DNA from: the human T2T-CHM13v2.0 reference genome, Homo sapiens
Reading direction: 5' to 3' (one strand)
Assembly (NCBI RefSeq): GCF_009914755.1
Contig: NC_060944.1
Length of the DNA: 64,000 bases
Below are positions 36,407 to 59,879 of the stretch, one piece after another. Position 1 is the first letter of the stretch. Each line of letters begins with the position of its first letter. A program made the position numbers and the translations under genes. Under the pieces are notes generated by a model. The model was not told the DNA's origin, ran no database searches, and saw only the letters and a program-made list of their open reading frames with translations.

Positions 36407-36660
36407 TGAGATTACAGGCATGAGTCATTGTGCCTGGCTGAAGTCAGGTGTTTCAAAGAATTACATACTAAATAGTACAAGAAAAACATTTTTTAAAAAA
36501 GGCAAAAAAGGCCAGGCACAGTGGCTCATGCTTGTAATCTCAGCACTTTGTCAGGAGTTTGAGACCACCCTGGCTGACATGGTAAAACCCCCTCTTGACC
36601 AAAAAAGAAAAAAAAAAAGAGCCTGGCGTGGTAGTGTGTGCCTGTAATCCCAGCTACTCA

Positions 36661-36780
<120 letters not shown>

Positions 36781-36893
36781 TCAATAAAATAAAAAGGGGA
36801 GCCGGGTGCGGTGGCTCACGCCTGTAATCCCAGCACTTTGGGAGGCTGAGGCGGGCAGATCACAAGGTCAGGAGATCGAGACCATCCTGGCTA

Positions 36894-37417
<524 letters not shown>

Positions 37418-38220
37418 TCAGTACTTTACAAAGCTTTTACTTGACTCTCCCCCTGCCAAAAAAAAAAAAAGAAACCAAAAAGTTCCATCATTAACTGTGC
37501 TTCACAGATACTGGTTAAGCAAGTTTCTTTACTGTAGGACTTTTCAGAACCTGAGATGTGTCAATGTGTGCTTGAATCTCCAGGGTTCCAAGGCTGGGGT
37601 TGGGGGGAGAGTATTTCTGACTCTGGACACACCAATTTGAGGAAGACTGATCTGGTGGTTTCTTAAGGCCACTTCAGCTCTAACAAACTGTACTTCTACA
37701 ATAAGAGCTTCTTGCACAGGCAGGACCAGGTCAAAAGAAGAGGACACTGATGAGGGCCTGGAGGCTCTTACGTTGCAGATTAGATTAGGAAAGGCCTTGA
37801 ATGCCAAACTGAGGCCTACAGACTTCATTACGCAAGGTAAACAGTTGAGAGAAGCAGGATGATCCAAGTTGTGCTGTAGTTAAGTGTGCTCCAGGGCAAA
37901 CTGGAGTCTGGATGGGAGAATGGAGGTGGAGATGTAACTGCCATAACTAGGCATGTAGGGCTAAGAAACTGTTCTGGGATGGCAGCCTTTGGGACTAGAA
38001 AGAAGGGATGCACAAGGACAAAGGATAAGAAGGGGACAGGAAGGCCGGGAGCAGTGGCTCACACCTGTAATCCCAGCACTTTGGGAGGCCAAGGTGGGGT
38101 GGATCACCTGAGGTCAGGAGTTCGAGACCAGCCTGGCCAACAAGGTGAAACCCCGTCTCTAATAAAAATACAAAAAATTAGCCAGGCATGGTGGCGGGTG
38201 CCTGTAATCCCAGCTACTCA

Positions 38221-38376
<156 letters not shown>

Positions 38377-38870
38377 CTAGCCCAGACATACATTCACATA
38401 CTCATTATTAGGTAAAAGTTTTATCCCATAATTTGACATAAAGGAATAGGACTGAACACTAGCAGCTCTATCAATAAATAAAGGCCATAACAGCCTGGCA
38501 CAGTAACATGCCTATAATCCCAGCTACTTGGGAGGTTAAGACAGGAGAATCATTTCAGCCAAGGACTTCCAGACCAGCCTGGGCAACATAGCAAGACCCT
38601 GGCTCAACAAAAGCCTCAACAAAACAAAGGTTACAGTTGAGCAAGCACTGTGTTAAGTACTTTACAGGCATTCATCTCTTCATTCCTAACACCGCAATAA
38701 GCTGCTATTATTATTCTACTTTTCAGAAAAGAAACTGAGGTTCTACAAGGCTGATTTGTCCAGAACCAAATGGCTACATTCAGTGATGGGACCAAAACTC
38801 AAATCAGAGTGAGCCTGAAAAGCCCATCTCTTCACTGGTATGCTGAGTTCCTCAATTTTCTCTGTATCTA

Positions 38871-39220
<350 letters not shown>

Positions 39221-40534
39221 TCATGCCTGTAATCCCAGCATTTTGGGAGGCCAAGGCAGACAGATCGCTTGAGCCCAAGAATCAAGACCAGCCAGGGCAA
39301 CATGGTAAAACCTCGTCTCTACAAAAAATACAAAAATTAGCCAGGTGTGTTGGTGCACCGTAGTCCCAGCTACTCAGGAGGCTGAAGCAGAAGAATCACT
39401 TAAGCCCTGGAGTTGGAGGTTGCAGTGAGCTATGAGAATCAGTCTGGGTGGGACCTTGTCCCAAAATAAATAAATACATAAAAAGAAGGAAAATACAGAC
39501 TCAACATCCCCTGGGAGGGTCACAGCATCTCCTAAATTCTATTCAATTCGCTCTGCATGTACTGAGCACCTGCTTTATGCCATTACCTTGCTTCTAACTA
39601 TGGCTTAGGAAAGAACAAGACTCGCCCCTGAGTTTGAGGAACTATCTATTAGAGCCATGAGACAGATACATCAGATACAAACAAATCAGCAGGAACAATA
39701 GAAACCTGTAAATTAGTACTGACCAAAATGATAGTTACAGATAAAAAACATATCTCAGATGCTGGAAGGGGAGGTTACTGTGAACTCAAGCGATTTGGGA
39801 AGGCTTTCTGAGGCAGCACAGGGTTGCAGCTCAAGGCTGAAGGCAATCTAACAGGATACAGTGGGGGGCCAAGTGCGGTGGCTCATGCCTGTAATCCCAG
39901 CACTTTCAAACTCCAAGGCAGGAGGACCGCTTGGGCCCAGGATCGCTGGAGACCAGCCTGGGCAACATAGGAAGATCCTGACTCTATTTATTTTTTAAAT
40001 AATAGGCCGGGCACAGTGGCTCACATCTATAATCTCAGGACTTTGGGAGGCCAAGGCAGGCGGATCACCTGAGGTCAGGAGTTCAAGACCAGCCAGGCCA
40101 GCATGGTGAAACCCCATCTCTACTAAAAGTACAAAAAATTGCTGGGCAGGACGGCTTACGCCTGTAATCCCAGCACTTTGGGAGGCTGAGGTGGGCGGAT
40201 CACTTGGGGTCAAAAGTTCAAGACCAGCCTGGCCAACATGGCAAAACTCCATCTCTACTAAAAATAAAAAAATCAGCTGAGCACAGTGGCTCATGCCTGT
40301 AATCCCAGCACTTTGGGAGGCCAAGGCAGGCAGATAACCTGAGGTCAGGAGTTCGAGACCAGCCTGACCAACATGGAGAAACATCATCTCTACTAAAAAT
40401 ACAAAAAACAAACAAACAAAAAATTAGGCGGGCGTGGTGGTGGGTGCCTGTAATGCCAGCTACTCGGGAGGCTAAGGCAGGAGAATTGCTTGAATCCGGG
40501 AGATGGAGGTTTGCAGTGAGCTGAAATCATGCTA

Positions 40535-40771
<237 letters not shown>

Positions 40772-41137
40772 TTAGCCAAGTGTGGTGGTGCATGCCTGTA
40801 GTTCCAGCTACTCGGGAGGCTGAGGAAGGAGAATTGCTTGAACCTTGTCGACGGAATTTGCAGTGAGCCGAGATCTTGCCCCTGTACTCCAGCCTGGGTG
40901 ACAAGAGCAAAACTCTGTCTCGAAAAAAAAAAAAAAAAAAAAAAGGATACAGTGTGGTGGGGTGAGGAAGACAGGGAAGACTGGGGACAGGGACACTAGA
41001 CAGAGGTCTCCTGAAAATTAGTGCCCATAACAGGTGTTTGGTAGACAGGTCTCAGCCCTCAGACAAACCCATTTCCAAAGATGAAGGCCAGAGAATGAGA
41101 ATAATGATTTATCGTTCTGGCCGGGTGTGATGGCTCA

Positions 41138-41431
<294 letters not shown>

Positions 41432-41478
41432 TCACACCTGTAATCCCAGCACTTTGGGAGGCTGAGGCGGGTGGATCA

Positions 41479-41841
<363 letters not shown>

Positions 41842-42192
41842 TCACTGTGGCATTGTTTGTAAGGGTGAGATATGGGAACAACAGAAGTATCCAACAACAG
41901 GATATAGATTAACTAAAAGGAGATATATTCAGTCTATGGGATATTATATCCATCTAAAGAATGAAGGTGATGTGGAAAGAGCTCCATGATATACCAGGTA
42001 TGATGAAAAAATGTGAGTTCCAGGACACTTTTTATGGTTTGCTACCATTTATGAAAAACAAAGCTACATGAATATGTTCATTAGTGTACATAAAAATATA
42101 AAAGGCCATAGTCCAAAATTATATTGTGATTATCTCTAGGGACAAAAGTAGGAGGAGAGTAAAAGAGGATTTTTACTTTTGACTCTCTATAG

Positions 42193-42337
<145 letters not shown>

Positions 42338-42533
42338 TAGCTGAGACTACAGGTGCCAGCCACCACACCCGGCTAATTTTTTGTATTTTTAGTAGAGACA
42401 GGGTTTCACCGTGTTAGCCAGGATGGTCTCGATCTCCTGACCTCGTGATCCGCCCATCTTGGCCTCCCAAAGTGCTGGGATTACAGGCGTGAGCCACCAC
42501 ACCTGGCCGCTCTGTACTGTTTTTGAAAGTTTA

Positions 42534-42872
<339 letters not shown>

Positions 42873-42951
42873 CTATATAAAAAGACTTTGGCTGAGTACA
42901 GTGGCTCATGTCTGTAATCCAGCACTTTGGGGAGCCAAGGCGGGTGGATCA

Positions 42952-43149
<198 letters not shown>

Positions 43150-43263
43150 CTAGGTGACAGAGCGAGACTCCGTCTCAAAAAAACAAACAAAAGACTTCAA
43201 GCCCAGGCACAGGGACTCACTCCTGTAATCCTAACACTTTGGGAGGGTGAGGTGGGTGGATCA

Positions 43264-43482
<219 letters not shown>

Positions 43483-44663
43483 TCAAAAGCAAAACAAAAC
43501 AAAAAAACCCTCAAATTCTTATCAAGTCATGACAGCAAAGAAGGCAAGAATCACAAAAACACGAGGCTCAGAAAATTTCAGTTGAAAATCTCTGGAATGT
43601 TCTGGTTCAAGCCCCCAGAACCTCAGGAGCACAATACAGGGCAAAGGAAAGAACCTTCACTAAGATATAGGAAAGTGCTGAACAGAAGCAAACAAATTAA
43701 ACCCCCAACTTCTAATACACTTGAACTGAAGCTGGGCATGGTGGCTTATACCTGTAATCCTAGCACTTTGGGAGGCCAAGGCAGGAGGACAGCTTGAGCT
43801 AGGAGTTTGAGACTAGCCTGGGTAACATAGAGAGACTCTATCTCTACACACAAAAAACATTAGCCAGGCAGGGTGGTGCACACCTGTGGTCCCAGCTACT
43901 TGGGGGGTTGAGGCAGGAGGATCACTTGAGCCTAGGAGTTTGAGGCTGAAGTGTGCTATGATTGCACCACTGTATTCCAGCTTGGGCAACAGAGCAAGAC
44001 CCTGTCAAAAAAAAAAAAATGCTCCATTTAAAAAAATTATTAGATTCAGGCCGGGTACGGTGGCTCACGCCTGTAATCCCAGCACTATGGGAGGCTGAGG
44101 CAGACAGATCATGAGGTCAAGGGATCACGACCGTCTTGGCCAACATGGTCTCTACTAAAAATAAAAAAATTAGCTGGGCGTGGTGGTGCGTGCCTGTAAT
44201 CCCAGCTACTCGGGAAGCTGAGTAGGAGAATCACTTGAACTCGGATGGCAGAGGTTACAGTGAGCTAAGATTGCACCACTGCACTTCAGCCTGGCGACAG
44301 AGAAAGATTCTGTCTCAAAAAAAAAAAAAAAAAAAGTATTAGATTCAAGGGACATTGTCAAATTGCTATAAAAGGTTCCAAATGCTTATTCTCAATTTCT
44401 GTCCTTATTATAGAGAGGACAAGAGGACATTCTGAGGACATAACCCAAGATGCACACTGAACTTTCCAGCACAGCACACTACTATTCAACTATACTATGT
44501 TCACCTGTTACGTGGGCTCCCTCCAGAGACAGAGTCCCACCCACGTCTGGCTCATTACCAAACGCTCTGGCTTGGCCCACGGAGCATGCTTCAATGACTC
44601 CATGGACTAAAGGAATGTTCAAGTTAATGTCTCTGGCCACAGCTGCTAAGAGAGGTTACTCAC

Positions 44664-44766
44664 CATTTGGAACCAGAAGGAGGCTTTTCACGATGCTTCT
44701 GAGGGAGCCAAGACTGATCTGATTGGTGGTGGCAAATTCAGAGAGCTGAGCCAGAAATCTTTCCAC
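44664..44766 (-). CDS. COMMD7: COMMD7 exon 3 (VERFLAQLSEFATTNQISLGSLRSIVKSLLLVPN-G)
   Basis: Acceptor ctctctgcag|GTG; donor G|gtgagt; 103 nt; follows a 93-nt intron 2. Confidence 0.95.
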
Positions 44767-44859
44767 CTGCAGAGAGAGAACAGTGAAAACCCGGGCCTTC
44801 ACTTTCTAAGCATCTCAGGGAGCACGGACCCACTCCCTAACACAGAATGTTTTATTTAC

Positions 44860-44913
44860 CTCTTTTGGCTCAGTTAGGAAGTGGAAAAGCACCTCTGTCA
44901 GGGCTGAGAACTG
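44860..44913 (-). CDS. COMMD7: COMMD7 exon 2 (QFSALTEVLFHFLTEPKE)
   Basis: Acceptor ttcacag|CAG (tandem NAGNAG); donor GAG|gtaaat; 54 nt, phase 0-0. Confidence 0.95.
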
Positions 44914-45353
44914 CTGTGAAGAAAACAACACAGAACATCAGTACAATTTCTACTACTGGGTCAGCATGCCCCACCCCAGGCAACTGCATAGCCTTGAGAG
45001 GGAAGAACAGTAACAGCCAGGTGTTATGCCTGTTCTGATCATCCTATAGTTACAAATGTTCACAATACCCACCACCAGTGTCAATATACCTGTGTCGCTA
45101 CATCATCTGAAAAACACGTTTATTGGGATACTTAGCAGACATGTATTGAGAGACTGTAAGCATATGCACTCAGATGCACACATATATCTCTAGGACACAG
45201 ACACACACAGACAGACATACACACACACACACACGCACGCACAAAGGGGAAATCATCAGAAAATTAAAAGCGGTTACCACTTTGGATGATTTTTATTTTC
45301 TTCTGTTTTACCTATCCATATTTTCTTTCTTTTCTTTTTTTTTCTTTCCCTGA

Positions 45354-45512
<159 letters not shown>

Positions 45513-45769
45513 TAGAGACAGGGTCTCACTTTGTTGCCCAGGATGGTCTCAAACTCCTGGGCTCAAGTGATCTACCCACGTCAGCCTCCCAAAGTGCTGG
45601 AATTATAGGCATAAGCCATGCACCTGGCCTCATATTTTCTTGGGTTCCCCCCACCCATAAACATCTCGTTACTTGTGTAAGACAACAATAAACTGTAACA
45701 CTTTATTATACACCTAGAACAGACGCTTACAGTTTTGTGTGTCTTAATCTTTTCTCTTTACTGGTAATG

Positions 45770-46874
<1,105 letters not shown>

Positions 46875-46893
<19 letters not shown>

Positions 46894-46972
46894 CAGATCA
46901 TTACTTTATCATGTCCCTCCCTGGCCTGAGCTGACTGAGACACAGATCATTACTTTCTCATGTCCCTCCCTG
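46875..46972 (+). repeat. 49-bp tandem duplication (2 copies, 1 mismatch) spanning the LTR end
   Basis: GCCTGAGCTGACTGAGACACAGATCATTACTTT(A/C)TCATGTCCCTCCCTG x2. Confidence 0.95.
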
Positions 46973-47155
46973 TGAACAGTGTGTATGGGCTGGACGCGGT
47001 GGCTCACGCATGTAATCCCAGCACTTTCAGAGGCTGAGGTTGGCGGATCATTTGAGGTCGGGAGTTCAAGACCAGCCTGACCAACATGGTGAAACCCCGT
47101 CTCTACTAAGAATACAAAAATTAGCCAGGCGTGGTGGTGCGTGCCTGTAATCCTA

Positions 47156-47632
<477 letters not shown>

Positions 47633-47751
47633 TTAAAACCCCCAAAGCTGTATGTGTAGTATGTTAAATGCACCTATCCCTTCTGCTATGACACATTAAA
47701 CTCTACACATCTGTCAGGACTCTGTATTATTTTATTCAAAAATGTATTCTA

Positions 47752-47886
<135 letters not shown>

Positions 47887-48099
47887 TTAGCCAGGCAAGG
47901 TGGCATGCTCCTGTAGTCCTAGCTACTCAGGAGGCTGAGGCAGGAGGATTGCTTCAGCCCAGGCATTCCAAGCTGCAGTGAGTCATGATCACACCACTGA
48001 ACTCCAGCCTGAGTGACAGAACAAGAACCTAGCTCAAAAAATAAAAATAAAAAATAAAAGTAAATTAGTCAAGCATGGTGGTATGCACCTGTAGTTCTA

Positions 48100-48381
<282 letters not shown>

Positions 48382-49425
48382 TTAGAAGAGAAGTTTCCTT
48401 ATATGGCATTGCAGCTTCACAGCAACTTAAATACTGTAAGTGCACAGTATTTGCTGAATAAATCTTTCCTAAACACTCCCCGCAATGCTTTGCCTTTGCA
48501 ATTGCATAGGTGCCTCCCTCTGGAATGCTCACCCACCCATGGCTATCTATGCATGCATCTCAAAATCTTAAGGATTCTCCCCAGTAAACTTAGGAAGAGA
48601 TGCACAAGGTCATTCCAGACTAGAGAAATGCAAATCAGTAAAACCAGAATATACTATTTTTCACTTATCAGATCTGCAAACCCAAAAGTTTGACTAGGAC
48701 ACCAGTGCTGGTGAAAGTACAAGGAAGCAGACAGGTTCCTGCATGACTGATGATAGGATACACTGGGGTGACCTTTCTAGGGGCAATTTCACAATGTGCA
48801 TCTAACTTGTATTTTTTTGAGGCAGAGTCTGGCTCTGTCGCCCAGACTGGAGTGCAGTGGCGCAATCACGACTCGCTGGAGCCTCCAACCTCTTGGGTTC
48901 AAAGCAATCCTCCCACCTCAGTCTGCTGAGTAGCTGAGATTACAGGCACATGCCACCACATCCACATTGGGCTAATTTTTTTATATTTTGTAGAGACAGG
49001 GTCTCACAATGTTGCCCCAGCTCATCTGGAACTCCTGGGCTCAAGCAATCCTCCTGCCTCACCCTCCCTAAGAACTGGGATTATAGGTTTGACCAACCAC
49101 ACCCAACCGGCATCAAATTTTTAAAGTGATTATACCCCTCGACCTAGTAATTCCATTCCATGAAGTATATCCTTTAGGTATGTTCCAAAAAGTAAATGTT
49201 TTGGCAAGTCACAGTGGCTCATGCCTGTAATGCCAGCACTTTGGGAGGCTGAGGCAGGAGGACCGCTTGATCCCAGGAGACAAGCATTATGTTCAGGCAA
49301 CATAGTGAGAGCCCATCTCTACAAATCATAATAATACATTTAAATTTAAAAAGAAAAAAAGAGGCCTGGCACCATGGCTCAAGCCTGTAATCCCAGCACT
49401 TTGGGAGGCGGAGGTGGGTGGATCA

Positions 49426-49731
<306 letters not shown>

Positions 49732-50250
49732 TCACCTGAGGTCAGGAGTTTGAGATCAGCCTGGCCAACATGGCGAAACCCCGTCTCTACTAAAAATACA
49801 AAAATTAGCTGGGCATGGTGGCGGGCGCCTGTAATCCCAGCAGAATTACTTCAACCCAGGAGGCGGAGGCTACAGCAAGCTGAGATTGTGCCACTGCACT
49901 CCAGCCTGGGCAACAGAGTAAGACTCCATCTCAAAAAAAAAGAATGCAGTAGATCTATTTGTATTGAAGGGAGAAAATAGGATACATTGCTCAGTTTAAA
50001 AAACAACAACAAAACAGGCCACGCGCGGTGGCTCACGCCTGTAATCCCAGCACTTTGGGAGGTTGAGGCGGGGGGATAACCAGAGGTTAGGAGTTTGAGA
50101 CCAGCCTGGCCAACTTAGCCAAACAAACCCCGTCTCTACTAAAAATTCAAAAATGGCCTGGAGCGGTGGCTCACGCCTGTAATCCCAGCACTTTGGGAGG
50201 CCGAGGCGGGCAGATCACCTGAGGTCAGGAGTTTGAGACCAGCCTAGCTA

Positions 50251-50681
<431 letters not shown>

Positions 50682-50707
50682 TCAGGAGACAGAGACCATC
50701 CTGGCTA

Positions 50708-50893
<186 letters not shown>

Positions 50894-51497
50894 TCACAAA
50901 AAAAAAAAAAAAAAGTGCCGTGCCTCACGCTTGTAATCCCAGCACTTTGGGAGGCCAAGGCGGGTGGATCACAAGGTCAGGAGTTCAAGACCAGCCTGGC
51001 CAAGATGGTGAAACCCCGTCTCTACTAAAAATACAAAAATTAGCCGGGCATGGTGGCATGCGCCTGTAATCCCAGCTACTCGGGAGGCTGAGGCAGAGAA
51101 TTGCTTGAACCCGGGAGGTGGAGGTTGCAGTGAGCCCAGATCATGCCACTGCACTCCAGCCTGGGTGACAGAGCTTGACTCCGTCTCAAAACCAACCAAA
51201 AAAAAACCCCAGCAAGATGAAGAAAAAATATATACAGAATGAACCATTTTCTATATATATATAAAAATTCAAAGCCAGAAATGGGAGGATCACTTGAGCC
51301 TAGATGTTCAAGATCACCATAGGCAGCATAGTAAGACCTCATCTCTAAAAAATAAAAATAAGGCCAGGCACAGCGGCTCACGCCTGTAATCCCAGCACTT
51401 CGGGAGGCCGAGGATGGCAGATCACCTAAGGTCAGGAGTTCAAGACCATCCTGGCCAACATAATGAAACCCCATGTCTACTAAAAATACAAAAATTA

Positions 51498-51976
<479 letters not shown>

Positions 51977-53222
51977 TCATATATATGCTGGCAAATTAAG
52001 ACTTTTATTTCTATAAAAATAACTAAGAAACTATTTTTTGTTTGTTTTTTGAGACAGAGTCTCTCTGTGTCACCCAGGCTGGAGTGCAGTGGTGCGATCA
52101 TGGCTCACTGCAACCTCCGCCTCCTGGGTACAAGTGATTATCCTCCTCAGCCTCCTGAGTAGCTGGGATTATAAGCGTGCACTACCATGCCCGGCTAATT
52201 TTTGTATTTTTAGTGGAGACAGGGTTTCACCATGTTGGCCAGACTGGTCTTAGACTGCTGGCCTGAAGTGATCCACCTGCCTCGGCTTCCCAAAGTGGTT
52301 GGATTACAGGCGTGAGCCACTGTGACCAGCTATAAGAAACTATTAAAATGATTTCTGGAGATAAGAAAAATAAACATTTTATTTTTAAGAGATGGGGGTC
52401 TCACTCTTTCAGGCTGGAGTACAGTGGGTGATCATCATAGCTCACTGCAGCTTCCAACTCCTAGGCTCCTGCCTCAGCCTCCTGGGTTGCTCTGGGATTA
52501 CAGACATGCTGTACCATACCTAGCTTATTTCACTTTGATATCTTTGTATACTGTTTGAATTTCCTGTCTATTACTTTCATTTCCAGCTTGGTAAGAGGAC
52601 TGTGGGCCACTTGCTTGTATTATCCTTTATATTTTTCTGAGTTTACTCTCATTCTAAAATGATTAACTTAAAATCCTGCCTATTCTCAGACTCCACATTG
52701 CCTGGGACTGGCCACGGGCATCAAAGGGCACATCTATGTGCAATTTGGTACTATCTGCTTCTTCATTTTATGACCTGCTGTAGAAGATCACAACTTCCCC
52801 AGGACAAAAGGCCTTGACCATCAAATCTTCCTAAGTCCTACCAGGTTTAGTGGCTATTTGGTTTATGTAGGCATTCAGGTAAACACCCACCGAATGAGCA
52901 ATAAATGTTAAAGACAAGGTTCACACAATGATTCGTTTTACTCCTTGAGGCCTACACCTTAGAATTCAAAATAAATTCAGCTAACAGAGTGGGTACTTGG
53001 AGAAGTCTGATTATCCAACAAAAGACAGAGAAATGGGCCAAATGACTCAGGTAAGTTGCTTATTAGGAGAAAGGTTTAAGGTTTCTGTATTAACAATAAA
53101 GGTAGCTGGGCCTGGTGGCTCACACCTGTAATCCCAGCACTTTGGGAGGCTGAGGCCGGCGGATCACAAGGTCAGGCGATTGAGACCATCCTGGCTAACA
53201 CGGTGAAACCCCGTCTCTACTA

Positions 53223-53438
<216 letters not shown>

Positions 53439-53676
53439 TTACAGTATGTTTCAAGGTTAGAAAATGAGTCAGTTCCTGGGGGTGATGGCTCACACCTGTA
53501 ATCCCAGCAATTTGGGAAGCCACAGTGGGTATATCACTTGAGCCCGAAGTTCTAGACCAGCCTGGGCAACATGGCACAACCCCATTTCTTCAAAAATTAC
53601 AAAAATTAGCCAGAGCTGGGCACCATGGCTCATGCCTATAATCCCAGCACTTTAGGAGGCTGAGGCAGGTGGATCA

Positions 53677-54176
<500 letters not shown>

Positions 54177-55131
54177 TCACTTGAGCCTGGGAGGTCGAGG
54201 CTGCACTCCAGCCTGGGTGATAGAATGAGACCCTGTCTCAAATTTAAAAAAACGAAAGAAAGAAAAGAAAATGAGTCAACTCTGGGTGTAGTGGCTCACA
54301 CCTACAATCCCAGCACTTTGGGAGGCTGAGGTGGGAGGATCCCTTAAAGGCCAGGAGGCCCAGACCAACCTAGGCAACAAACAGTGACCGTGTTGCTATA
54401 AAAAAATTAAAAAATAAAAAATTAGCCTGGTGTGGTGGCACATGCCTGTGGTTCCAGCTACTCAAGAGGCTGAGGCAGGAGGACTCCTTGAGCCCAGGAG
54501 TTCAAGACTGCAGTGAGCCATTATTGTAACACTGCTCTCCAGCCTTGGCAACAGAGTGAGGTCCTGTCTTAAAAAAAAAAAAAAAAGAAAATGAGTCAAG
54601 TGCTGATCTCAAAGGAAGTGGTTTGTATTTTCTACGAATACCAAGCTGGAGGTAATTTTACAGATCATACAATCCAGTATCTTAAAAAAAAAAAAAGAAA
54701 AAAACTTTGTTAGTAGCAGAATCTTTTTTTATTCTCCAAATGGATATCTTCCAGAGAACACTGATACATTAACAAGTAAAAGCTAAGCTACCACCATAGG
54801 CTTTGAAGCCAAACATGTGATCCTAAATTCCTGGCTCCATCACTTCCTGGCTGCCTGACATTATTTATTTATTTTCTTGAGACAGGGTCGCATTTTCTGA
54901 CCCAGGCTGGAGTGCAATGCCATGGTCATAGCTCACTGCAGCCTCAAACTTCTGGGCTTAAGGGATTCTCCTGCCTCAGCCACTTAAGTAGCTAGAACTA
55001 CAGGCACATACCACCACTCTCAGCTAATTTTTAAAACTGTTGGCCAGGTACGGTGGCTCACGCCTATAATCCCAACACTTTGGGAGGCCGAGGTGGGCGG
55101 GTTACAAGGTCAGGAGTTGGAGACCAGCTTA

Positions 55132-55287
<156 letters not shown>

Positions 55288-56192
55288 CTACAGCCTGGGC
55301 AATATTGAGACTATCTCAAAGGAAAAAAAATGTTTTCCTAGAGATGGGGTCTTGCTATGTTGCTCAGGCTAGTCTTGAACTCCTGGCCTCAAGTGATCCC
55401 CCTACCTCTACCTCCCAAAGTGCTTGATTACAGGCATGAGCCACCTTGCCTGGCTTTCTGCATGATTTTATTTACTTATTTATTTGAAACAGGGTCTGGT
55501 CTGTTCTCTGGGCTGGAGTGCAGTGGCATAATCATAGCTAACCGCAGCCTCCAATTTCTGACTCAAGTGATCCTCCCACCTAAGCCTCTGGAGTAGCTGG
55601 GACTACAGGTGTGTGCCACCATGCCTGGCTAATTTTTTATCTTATTGTAGAGATGGAGTCTTGCTACGTTGCTTAGGCTAGTCTTGAACTCCTGTCTACA
55701 TGAGTTTAAACAGGTCAATTTATTTCTCTGAACCATCTTTCTTAACTGTAAAATGGGAATAATAATAGTGCCTTCCTTTTAGAGTTGTTATGCATACATT
55801 TAAAATGGTGCCTGGCCACATGGTGCATGCTCAATATATTAATATCGTATAATAGCTATGTTCATTTCACTGCTCTGTGATTCAGTTTCTTCGTCTGTAA
55901 AATGTGAATAATAATAAGTGGCTGGGTGCAGTGGCTCATGCCTGTAATTCCATCACCTTGGGAGGCCAAGATGGATCACCAGAGACCATGAGTTCAAGAC
56001 AAGCCTAGACAACATAGGGAGACCCTGTCTCAATTTAAAATAATAACAGCAACTACCTATAAAAGTGATTGGAAGGACTCAATTAGTTAACATACATAAG
56101 CTGGGCGCGGTGTCTCACGCCTGTAATCCCAGCACTTTGGGAGGCTGAGGCGGGCGGATCACGAGGTCAGGAGATAAAGACCATCATCACTA

Positions 56193-56429
<237 letters not shown>

Positions 56430-56873
56430 CTATTGTCCAGTGGCCACTTGCCACATAAGCGCTTGAAAAGGGCTAATCTGACCAGGGGTGGTGGCTCACT
56501 CCTGTAATCCCAGCACTTTGGGGGGCCAAGGTGGGTGGATCACTTGAGGTCAGGAGTTCGAGACTACCCTGACCAACATGGCGAAATCCCATCTCTACTA
56601 AAAATACAAGAAAAAATTAGACAGGCATGGTGGTGAACACCTGTAATCTCAGCTACTTGAGTGGCTGCAGCATGAGACTCACTTGAACCCTGTAGGCGGA
56701 GGTTTCAGTGAGTCGAGATCACATCCCCACACTCTAGCCTGGGCAACAAAGCGAGACTGTCTTTAAAAAGAAAAGGGCTGGCCGGATGCGGTGGCTCACA
56801 CCTGTAATCCCAAAACTTTGGGAGGCCGAGGTGGGCAGATCATGAAGTCAGGAGATCAAGACCATCCTGGCTA

Positions 56874-57083
<210 letters not shown>

Positions 57084-57209
57084 CTACTTTAAGATGTGCC
57101 GTAAGTATAAAACACCAGATTTAGAAAACTTTGTACCAAAAAGTAAAATGTCATTGATATTTGTATATGGGTAAGATATTGAAAAATATTTTGATATTGT
57201 GGATTTAAG

Positions 57210-58645
<1,436 letters not shown>

Positions 58646-59879
58646 AGGGCTGGGCACAGTGGCTCACGCCTGTAATCCCAACACTCTGGGAGGCTGAGGT
58701 GGGCAGATCACCTGAGGTCAGGTGTTCAAGACCAGCCTGGCCAACATGGTCAAACCCCATCTCTACTAAAAATACAAAAATTAGCTGGGCATGGTGGCGT
58801 GTGCCTGTAGTCCCAGTTACTCGGGAGACTGAGACAGAGAACTGGTTGAACCTGGGAGGCGGAGGTTGCAGTGACCCGAGATCGCGCCACTGCACTCCAG
58901 CCTGGGTGACAGAATGAGACTACGTCTCAAAAAAAAAAAATTAATTTCCATTTCTATTTAATTTTTAAATGTGGCTACTACAAAATGCAAAGTTAGAAAT
59001 GTGGCTTGCAAATTTTTCTATTGCATAGCTCAAGCTTAGAACCTTCCTGTTGTTACAAGTTCTAAGTTTGGTTTTTATCTCGCAAGCAGCACTACTGTGT
59101 GGGAAGTTGTGGGGGGTATGGAGATGAAAGAAGAGGGGCGCTACCTCCTGGGAAGTGACAACCTAGCGGGGGAAATAGATGTATCTTCCCAGTGGGGGTG
59201 AGAAGTGTCATTCTCACCTATTTCAGCAGCCTTGGTGGTATGAAAAGGCATCCCAACCAGCACAGAAGCAGGATGCCTCCAAGACTGCCTTGGTTGGCAC
59301 CTGCAGCCTGAAGGGGGAGAAAAAGGCTTTGCTAGCTCCCCTACCATCAAGGATGAAGACCCCCACTGTACACAGTGTATAAGGTTTCTTTCCATGTGAA
59401 TCCCAGTGACTCTCCTTAACTGGGTGGAGGTGGAAGGTGTCATCAGCCTTGTCCCAGATCGAGCCCCTCAGGCCCACAGAGCCCCAGTGGGGCCTGGCTA
59501 TTACTGACACTCATGTCACACTGAGATGTAAGACGGCAGCCCAGGCCGAGCTTCCCCGGGCCCCCTCAGATTCTCGGGCCCTCCCACTCCCCTCAGGCTT
59601 CCTCGGCCTCCCTGCCAAACATCTATCTCCCTTTGGACCCCACTGCTCCCCAAAACTCCCCACGCCCTTAGTCTGTTCCTTCAGTTCCCCAAACTCCTTC
59701 AGCCTCATCTAGACTCCCCTCCGTCCCTCTTCTAGGACCCCAAAAGCTCTCCTCGGCCCCAGGACCCCGCAGAGGTCCCGTAGTCCCATCTCTGAGACCC
59801 CACAAAGCCTTTCGGACCCCTCAGGTGGCCCTTAGGCCTCCGGAGATCCCTTGGCTCCCCACACTCTCCTCAGACCCCA

